A stretch of 64,000 nt of DNA from Stylophora pistillata (taxonomy: Eukaryota), in the NCBI RefSeq assembly GCF_002571385.2, contig NW_019217919.1, positions 292,265 to 356,264 on the forward strand. Reading direction: 5' to 3'. Below are positions 54,711 to 64,000 of this stretch, piece by piece (the first letter of the stretch is position 1; the number at the start of each line of letters is the position of its first letter). A program made the translations under genes and the position numbers. The notes beneath the pieces are model-generated. The model was not told the DNA's origin, did no database searches, and saw only the letters and a list, made by a program, of their open reading frames with translations.

Positions 54711-57700
54711 ATGGCTGCACTACAACTTCCACCTGAAGAGCTTGTGGGTTATTTGGCAGAGGAAGGGAAGGATTACTGTGTAACGCATGGCATCGTTATG
54801 GGAGCTAAGGATTCTCGTCACGCGGTCCATCATGCGCCCTTCGCCCTTCTTCCATCACCGTTTCCTAAGCGACTGTTCGCAGAAGCGAAAGAGGTGCAGA
54901 AAGATTACAACTTGCTGGTTCACAGAGTCAGTCAAGATCATGAATTCCTCAAGGGAGCTCTTCAAAGGTTAGGTGCTACTTTAAGAAAATACAGACGGCT
55001 GAACGAACCTTTTGAAAGGGTATGAAAGCACCAACGCCTCTTTAGTTATTAAGGTGTAGGTTGAAAACTATGAAACCGTTTTCCTCTTATATTCTGAAAC
55101 AATGGTAATTGTAAATTAATCTGGTTTGGTAAACTATGGTTTCTGAACCAAGAAATGTACTGAATCACAACTTATGCATCATTTTGAGAAAACTCTGTTA
55201 GGCCTACAAAAGGTTTCATATTAAAAATTTCTCATAATGTGGCATACCTGGAATTAGTAGCATTGCTATAACAAAATGTATCATTTTTTTGTCTCAAGCA
55301 CCATAGAGGTTGATGCATTCACAGCCAAAATATATGAAATATATGAAAAAACAAGAAATGAGGGACTTGCACAGGTAAAGTGTAAATTGCCATTTGCACT
55401 AAGGACATTTCCTTGCAATACATTCACTCACTTAATTCAATTTAAAATTGATTATGTTGGTAGACAAAGACTTTTTTCACAGTTTTATGCAAGGGGAATA
55501 ATAGTCATGTGTTAGTTGATAAATATTTCTGGCAAAGCTTTTTGGTTCTGGGGTTTAAATGGAAAAAGGTATTGTTTCATTTTGGGCATGAATGCTAGAA
55601 TGGTCACAAAGGCTTAATGATTTATAGTTTTGAATATAAGAATCATTAATAAAATGTTTCCTTTTGTATTTGTTGGCTATCAGGTTTGCTGAAAAATTGA
55701 TATCAAATTTTAAGTCTGAGAAAAAATTTGACTGGCCTATGGGAACAAATTTTAAAGTGAGGGGTGATAAATGGGCACTGAATGTGTTATATTGTAATTG
55801 GTTAAAGAATGGGGGTGCAGGTGGTCCAGGGCTGGGGGGGGATGTACACACAGAAAATTCTGAAAAGTTTAGAATTACCTGATGCAAATTGGCACAATTT
55901 TGAGAAGTTTGTTGAGGGGGAGGATTTGATTCTCATCCTTGTGACAACTGAATTCCTAAAGCTTTATCTTCTATGGTTACTTTGCAGCCAATCTCATTGG
56001 GAATATTTCGATCTGACTACATGCTGGATGGTACCAATGGATTGTCAGAAAATCTTACCCTTAAGCAAGTTGAAATCAACACAATTGCCTCTTCATTTGG
56101 TGGACTAAGTGCACAGATGCCAGGGCTTCACAAGTAAGATTACTTAAACTATGTTTTTGTTAGTAAAGGGAAGATGATTATTATTTCAACTGATTTTAAA
56201 TTTTTTACTGAAAGAGCTTCAATCTGCAGTTATGGCCCTTCATATTCAGGTTTACATTCCAACATTTGATCTCACCAGTTGTATGTAATTTGGTTTTATT
56301 AAGTGAGTTCATAGTGTGAATAGGTCACAGTAGAAGATTCTAAAGTAGATTTTTCAATTGTTAGCCCTTCATCAGGGCAAATCAAAGGGCTGAGGCTTGA
56401 AACCTCAGCTTAACAGTGGCCACATTATCAATTCACTCAACAAAACCAAATATCTAACACAGTGGAACCCCTCTAAACCAGACCCTCGTTAAACTGGAAT
56501 CCTCTCTTTACTGGACCTTTTTTTCGGCCCCAAAATCTCTGTCATACATTATCTTTATTGTTAACCTCAGTAAACCAGAACCCCTCACTTCTGGAAACCA
56601 GACACTTTTTTCAGTCCATAATCATGTATTGACAAAGAAATTGACCTTGTTAAACCAGACGTGAAAGCTTTAAGCTTGCTGCCAAAATCAAATCACACGT
56701 TTTTAAACATGATTGAAATTAAAATAATAATCATGCAGTTGTGAAATCACAATCAGAAGTAAGAAATGTCCATTGGCTAATTACTCATTGTTCAACTGGT
56801 ACTGAAGCAAAAAATCTAAAGTCGACAATTGTGCTGCTGCTGTTGGGTTGAATGAATGACAACAGTAGGGGTCAGGTTAATAGACTAAAGGCTGATAGTT
56901 TCGAAAGAAACTGTTTGGGGCTGCGTCTGTGGGGGTAACAAAATAATTTGGATATATCAACAAAGTTGAAATGGTAAATTGGCCACCGTAACGATTACAA
57001 AAGCTGACGTTTCGAGCGTTAGCCCTTCATCGGAGCAAAGGGCTAGCGCTCGAAACGTCAGCTTTTGTAATTGTTATGGTGGCCAATTTACCATTTCAAC
57101 TTTGTTGATATATCCAGGTTAATAGACTGTCATGGTATGGGTGAAATTACTCACGAAAACAAACTTAGTGGCAGGCATAACTATGTCTTAGAGACTAGTG
57201 AAATGCCAAAGAATCGAGTTATTGTTAGAGAAGAGAATTGAGTTGATCAAATGCACAGAATGTTATTAAGTTAATAAATTTTGCAGTTCACAAAGATGAG
57301 AACTATCTATAACTGGTTCTAGAGCTGGAAAATTTAACCAAAAGAAAAATAGTTGAACAAGGTTGTAATCAGATGCAGGTAACACTGGATTCCTTTTTCC
57401 AAAAGCATTTAAAAGCAGCCATCATATTACATTATGCGGCATAAAATTGCATTTTAGGTAAAACCTCAATACACCAGACACCTCTCTAAAACCGGACATT
57501 TCCTCTGGTCCCAAGGGTGTCCAGTTTTGAGGAGGTTCCACTATAATCCCTCCCACCAACACAGCTCCAGATTGTTTTTTAGAAACCCATTGCTTTATTC
57601 TTTAGCTCTATGTAATCATGTTTACTAAATAGCGATAGTATAATTATGGTAAAAATTGATCAAACCTTTGAAAATACCAGTCGACATTTCATGTAATGGA

Positions 57701-60529
57701 GAGAATTTGGAATAAGACACACACCAAACTGCTAGGCATCCATGTTAACGAACACTTAACTTGCAATATTCATATTAATGAACTAGTAATGTCATGCTAT
57801 GGAGCCCTGGCCATGCTAAAAAAGTTATATAACCTAGCACCGTTCCTTTTGAAGAGGCAGTTAGTAGAGAGTTTGTTCCTATCTAAGTTAGATTATGGTA
57901 GTACAATGTTCTTTCCATTGCCATTGTGTCAGCAAAAGCACTTACAAAGAGTCCAAAATGTATGCGTGGGTTATGTATTAGGTTGCTATGCGAAAGAAGC
58001 AGACTGCCTACAGCTGGGCTGGCTACCGGTGATAGAGCGTAGAAGTTCTCAGTTACTGCAGTGCGTATTCAAAGCACTATACTTTGACTATTGACCACAG
58101 TACTTAAAACTCGAACAATACGTACCAGCAAGAAATCTACGCTCGTCCTGTGAAGTCAGATTAAAGGTGCCCATTGAAACTGGTACTTTTCAAGACAGCT
58201 CAGCAGCCATTTTCAATGCATTACCAAGTTATTTTAATTTAATTTTAACGTAATTTACATAGCGCCAACTCCACTAATTGACCAAAGCGCTTAAATCTGC
58301 GAAACTGTACAGACTTTTGATCCTTTAAGAGTGATTTGACATATCTTTTTAATGATGCTGGAAAGAGATTAGAAACATGAATCTCAGGCCTTTTAGCTTG
58401 TTTATATTTTAATNNNNNNNNNNNNNNNNNNNNNNNNNNNNNNNNNNNNNNNNNNNNNNNNNNNNNNNNNNNNNNNNNNNNNNNNNNNNNNNNNNNNNNN
58501 NNNNNNNNNNNNNNNNNNNNNNNNNNNNNNNNNNNNNNNNNNNNNNNNNNNNNNNNNNNNNNNNNNNNNNNNNNNNNNNNNNNNNNNNNNNNNNNNNNNN
58601 NNNNNNNNNNNNNNNNNNNNNNNNNNNNNNNNNNNNNNNNNNNNNNNNNNNNNNNNTGTGAAGCTTACGATATGACTCAAAAGCATCACTGAAACTTTTT
58701 TTCCTATTCCTTAAAAATGGGTGAATAGTAATTGGCTAATTTCGATCAAACAATGAAAAATGGAACTCATATTTGAGATGTAGGCACAGTAAGCTAAAAT
58801 GAAGGGTTTCCCAAGAGGCTATAACGTTGCTCTGATAGCATTGGTGAGAAAATATTGCAAGTGTTCAGGAATAATTGGGTAAAATGAAAAGCCACTTTGA
58901 GGCTAAAAAGGCCTCCATAAGCTATCTTAAAGCCAAGCCAATGGCAAGAGATAAGTGAAATATATCGACAAAGTTGAAATGGTAAATTGGCCACCGTTAC
59001 GATTATAAAAGCTGACGTTTCGAGCGTTAGCCCTTCATCGGAGCAAAGGGCTAGCGCTCGAAACGTCAGCTTTTGTAATTGTTATGGTGGCCAATTTACC
59101 ATTTCAACTTTGTTGATATATCCAGGTTAATAGACTGTCATGGTATGGGTGAAATTACTCACGAAAACAAACTTAGTGGCAGGCATAACTATGTCTTAGA
59201 GACTAGTGAAATGCCAAAGAATCGAGTTATTGTTAGAGAAGAGAATTGAGTTGATCAAATGCACAGAATGTTATTAAGTTAATAAATTTTGCAGTTCACA
59301 AAGATGAGAACTATCTATAACTGGTTCTAGAGCTGGAAAATTTAACCAAAAGAAAAATAGTTGAACAAGGTTGTAATCAGATGCAGGTAACACTGGATTC
59401 CTTTTTCCAAAAGCATTTAAAAGCAGCCATCATATTACATTATGCGGCATAAAATTGCATTTTAGGTAAAACCTCAATACACCAGACACCTCTCTAAAAC
59501 CGGACATTTCCTCTGGTCCCAAGGGTGTCCAGTTTTGAGGAGGTTCCACTATAATCCCTCCCACCAACACAGCTCCAGATTGTTTTTTAGAAACCCATTG
59601 CTTTATTCTTTAGCTCTATGTAATCATGTTTACTAAATAGCGATAGTATAATTATGGTAAAAATTGATCAAACCTTTGAAAATACCAGTCGACATTTCAT
59701 GTAATGGAGAGAATTTGGAATAAGACACACACCAAACTGCTAGGCATCCATGTTAATGAACACTTAACTTGCAATATTCATATTAATGAACTAGTAATGT
59801 CATGCTATGGAGCCCTGGCCATGCTAAAAAAGTTATATAACCTAGCACCGTTCCTTTTGAAGAGGCAGTTAGTAGAGAGTTTGTTCCTATCTAAGTTAGA
59901 TTATGGTAGTACAATGTTCTTTCCATTGCCATTGTGTCAGCAAAAGCACTTACAAAGAGTCCAAAATGTATGCGTGGGTTATGTATTAGGTTGCTATGCG
60001 AAAGAAGCAGACTGCCTACAGCTGGGCTGGCTACCGGTGATAGAGCGTAGAAGTTCTCAGTTACTGCAGTGCGTATTCAAAGCACTATACTTTGACTATT
60101 GACCACAGTACTTAAAACTCGAACAATACGTACCAGCAAGAAATCTACGCTCGTCCTGTGAAGTCAGATTAAAGGTGCCCATTGAAACTGGTACTTTTCA
60201 AGACAGCTCAGCAGCCATTTTCAATGCATTACCAAGTTATTTTAATTTAATTTTAACGTAATTTACATAGCGCCAACTCCACTAATTGACCAAAGCGCTT
60301 AAATCTGCGAAACTGTACAGACTTTTGATCCTTTAAGAGTGATTTGACATATCTTTTTAATGATGCTGGAAAGAGATTAGAAACATGAATCTCAGGCCTT
60401 TTAGCTTGTTTATATTTTAATGCTTAATCGAATGTGATTTATTCTTAACTATAATGATATAGTGTAATTAGAATCGTATAGTAATTTTAGCATAGAAGAG
60501 CCAATTCATTTTTGGAATGCTAATAAACC

Positions 60530-60577
<48 letters not shown>

Positions 60578-63489
60578 ACCTTAAGGAAGGAGGTAAGGCT
60601 GGGTAAATGGACAACTCTGAATTGTGTTGCTACAAGCATCTTGTAACTCATGGGAAGAACACAGTCTTGACTAGTTAGAAGGTCTAACCATTGAGTCCCT
60701 TTTTGGGAATCAGTTTTTTTTTTCTGTCTTTTACTTACAGTAAATGATTTCTGAATTTATTTTTTTAGTTTTATTTTAGATCTTCAGAATGGACTGGTGC
60801 CAAGTAATAAAGAAAGGGTACAATTTTACAGTTTTTATGATCACTGTTGCTTCTGTTGGTTTCTCAGAATTTCTGTTTAATCCATTATAACTAAACACCT
60901 GCAAAATGTTCATGGTATATAAGAATTTGCATGTCAAAATTTTTGCATTCAAGCATCTTGTTGAGATGTGGGTTCTTAGCAGAAAGCAGCCTACAATAAT
61001 TGATGGTGGCTAGTTAGGAATATTATTAGCTGCTAATTTTATGTCCCTCTTTCTTTACCCTTCGTGTTTTCATCATTTGTTGCAGTGGCATACTCCAAGA
61101 TTGGCAAACAACTGCTTCAAATCCTAGTGAGAATGCTTAAGATGGGCTAGCTAGTAATTTTATCGTAGGTTCTGAGTTTCAAGAACATTTCTGTGAAGCC
61201 TGCATCAATATACGTACTTTTAATTATCATTCTGTTTCTCCAGCTTCCTGAAAATACATCTGCTATTGGTGTGGCTGAAGGATTTGTAGATGCCTGGAAA
61301 CTCTATGGAAGTGAAAAGTAAGTGCAATATGTTGAGAGCAGATAACATCATAATGATTTTTGAACCAAGTCAGCTAATGTGAAACAAATTGATCAGCGGT
61401 TGGTATGCTGAAATCCAGATTAAGGGGAACAGATCTAAGCTTCCCTGAGTCACTGTGATATGCTATTAGGCCAGACTCTCTACTTTCTCAGTTCCTTTCC
61501 CCCTTGGAGTATGAAAGAGTACCAGTGAACTCAAGGAAATGAAAGGGGAGAGGGTAATTGCAAGGAATTTGCCTCTCCTTAATGTGGAGTTAGTAAGGCT
61601 CCTAGCTACGTCATATTACAGAATCGCAGATTAGTTCTGATAGCGGTAGGCCACAAGTATTGAAGACTTCCAAGCCATATATTCACAAACTTCATAGTTT
61701 ATATCTTGGGGCATTCAGTTTTAGGCATGGTTAAGTTGTTTTTATTTGGACTTTTTCAACTCATGTTAGAGCAGTTGTGATGATGGTTGTCAGTGAAAAT
61801 GAGAGTAACAGATTTGATCAGAGATGGATACAACACCTCATGAGAGAAATGTAAGTATACATCAATCTTCACCTATTATGTTTTATCTTGTTGCTGTCTT
61901 GTGATATGTTGTTGTCTTTGTAGTTTTGTATAACTAATGCAGTTGTGTTTGTAATTAAAGCTGTCAAACCCTGATTGTGAAGGTTGTGTTGGGTTTTCAG
62001 AGATGCTTGTGCATTGTATTACTTTCATCAAGCTGCTTTGTGCTATAATTACCTTTGATTACTGGTAATTGTTACTCTGAACTCACAAAAGCTTACTGTT
62101 ATGTTTCGTAGCAAATGTTAACAAGATGCCATTAGACAAAAAAGAAGAAAAAAGGCTTTGTGAAATCAGTCTATCCAAAAAAAAATTCCAAGTTCAAACT
62201 CACATTCACCTTTGGTATTATTTGTGATTTCATTTAAGCAATCCATCTGCACGTCTGATTAGAAAAACCTTCAGCGACATCGGAAGAACAGGAGAACTAA
62301 AGGATGACAAATCACTGATTGTGTGAGCATTTTGTCTTCTACTTAAATTATTTGTTTTTCTTATTCTTAATTTTCTGTTCTTCCTCTCAGATCTCTTTCA
62401 CTGTCAATACAATATTGTTCATTGCTGTAAGTTAGTAGTATTTGTACAAATGTTCTATTTTAGAGTTATTTCAGACTTGATTCACCATGGACAGGACTTA
62501 GGTTTTGATAACAAGCTTTTTGTGTTTGTTTACAGGGATGGACATGAAGTTGCTGTTGTGTATTTCAGAGCTGGATATGATCCAGACAATTATGAATCAG
62601 AAGTGGTGTGTAGAAAATTTCACAATAATTGTTTCTCTCTCAGTTTTGACCCAAAAGGAATATTTCCTTTCAGTATCAATTAGTTTTAAGCAGAGAGGTG
62701 ATGACAAGAAAGAGGAATATCAAATAAGAGATATTATTTGTCGTAAAATCTAATTCTCGTGTGTCAGATGGTATGGAGAATTGATAGTGGGTGAATGACT
62801 ATTCATGAGTTCAGCTTGAAAAAGTTATTATCATTTTTTGGGAAACTTTCAATGTCTCCTCTTCTTGTAGCAGGTGTGATATATGTCACTGGCAAAACCT
62901 ATTGTGTAGCTTTAATAACAACCCAAGTCCCCTGTAGTCACCAGCCACTTGCACAGTCCTTTTTAGGGAAGTTGGATGTGTTCACTTCAAAAGTGCTTGC
63001 TTACATATGGGCAGATCAATTGTCATCATCTTCAATCTAAAAAATGGATAATGAAAAGAACACCAATTATATAGAGAATATTTAAATTATAACCCTTACT
63101 TTCCTTGATATATTCCATAAAATTTTAGCTCTGTGAATTTGATTCTAATCAAGCAGTCCCCCAGTTGATGTTTGTTGTCATTCATATCATCTCTCTGCTT
63201 GAAAATATATTAAACTCCAGGTAAAAATTAATTGTCACAATGATGAAGTGTTCCTTAAAGGTCTAAGGGTTTCAAGAGCCTTCCAAGAGTTGGCTGGGGG
63301 TCTCAATTTCTTTTACACATATCTGGACCCTGTATTTAACATCTACTCATTTTTTTTCCTTGCACAGGACTGGAACACTCGTTTGATGATGGAAAGATCC
63401 AGAGCTATCAAGTGTCCATCTGCTGCAATTCATCTTGCTGGTACAAAGAAAGTCCAACAGGTGTTAGCATCACCTGGGGCATTGGAAAG
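54711..63489 (+). CDS. GSS: Glutathione synthetase, 3'-partial
   Basis: Exons 54711-54967, 55299-55374, 55988-56133, 60769-60817, 61244-61317, 61770-61850, 62239-62322, 62536-62605, 63368-63489. Motifs [53 protein letters not shown] and [19 protein letters not shown]. Confidence 0.96.
56460..57543. mobile_element. pogo/Tigger-like non-autonomous element
   Basis: Ends CAGTGGAACCCCTCTAAACC and GTTTTGAGGAGGTTCCACTA, with subterminal aaacc(a/g)gac repeats. Confidence 0.7.
56949..57116. mobile_element. Penelope-like terminal-repeat palindrome with a degenerate hammerhead ribozyme motif
   Basis: ~75 bp inverted arms. Minus strand reads CCGATGA-agggc-taac-gctc-GAAA-c-GTC. A direct repeat caggttaatagact lies at 56873-56886 and 57115-57128. 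Confidence 0.7.
57655..58413 (+). mobile_element. L2/CR1 3' fragment (copy 1, ends in the gap)
   Basis: [35 protein letters not shown] and RNLRS. Confidence 0.85.
58967..60421 (+). repeat. Near-identical duplicate of about 56960-58413
   Basis: The same 132-aa ORF occurs twice, with only scattered SNPs, and the two copies flank an N gap. Confidence 0.9.
59663..60575 (+). mobile_element. L2/CR1 3' fragment (copy 2) with AATAAA and (ATT)n tail
   Basis: Same motifs as copy 1, with the tail at about 60530-60575. Confidence 0.85.
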
Positions 63490-64000
63490 GTGAGTGCTGT
63501 GATTTGGGAATGTTCTGGTTTGGATCTGTATTGTTAGAATATGTAATTGACTAACTGAGATCATCAAGGGTGGAATAAACCAAAGAAATCAAATGAGAAA
63601 GGTGGGGAGTTTATATTCTCAAGTCATACAGAAACTGATGGAAAAGGATTGTTGCGTGGAAATAATATATACTTGAATTTGATCTATTATGCTTTTTAAT
63701 AATCAAAACATTGTGCATCTTGGTACTGTTATGTCATGTTTGCTAAACAATGTGTTTTCCAACACTTTAAGAGCGTGTCCATGAGAAAACCGGGCAAGGG
63801 GTGATAAACCTCAAATCACTGATTTGGCTCAAACTTGGCACAAATTCTAGGTATCACGAGTTAACAAATGTGTGAAAATAATAGGTTAAACTATTTAATT
63901 CCCTGGGAGATATAGGGTTCCCCTGGGAAACCCCCATTTCCTTAATTTTTTGCACAATTAAATAGCTAACTTTGCATTGCTGCTGTGCAAATTCAATCAG

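Noticed and set aside
57696-58094. Duplicated 132-aa host gene
   Set aside because: It is an L2/CR1 RT C-terminal remnant, and the duplication is probably artefactual.

Overview
AT-rich, intron-containing animal DNA with scaffold gaps. The repeat families and gene set look like a stony coral (Scleractinia); that taxon call is inference. Nine protein-coding genes were reconstructed by reading GT-AG exons in frame: a DEF8-type Rubicon-homology protein (5' end outside the window, with an apparent RUN-domain tail), an intronless GT31 beta-1,3-glycosyltransferase, MPHOSPH6, TMEM64, METTL9, an intronless membrane-anchored GH13 alpha-glucosidase, an uncharacterised coiled-coil protein, a secreted Cys-repeat plus PI-PLC X-domain protein of the At5g67130-like type, and glutathione synthetase (runs off the 3' end). 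Introns and spacers hold nested mobile elements: an RLE-type non-LTR fragment, L2/CR1 fragments, a hAT-like element with a 6-bp TSD, a pogo/Tigger-like MITE, a Penelope-like hammerhead palindrome, two tRNA-headed repeat families and several palindromic MITEs. A ~1.45 kb duplication around the 58.4 kb gap is probably an assembly artefact. The best novelty candidates are the Cys-repeat PI-PLC, the RUN-bearing long DEF8 and the GH13 with predicted inverted topology.
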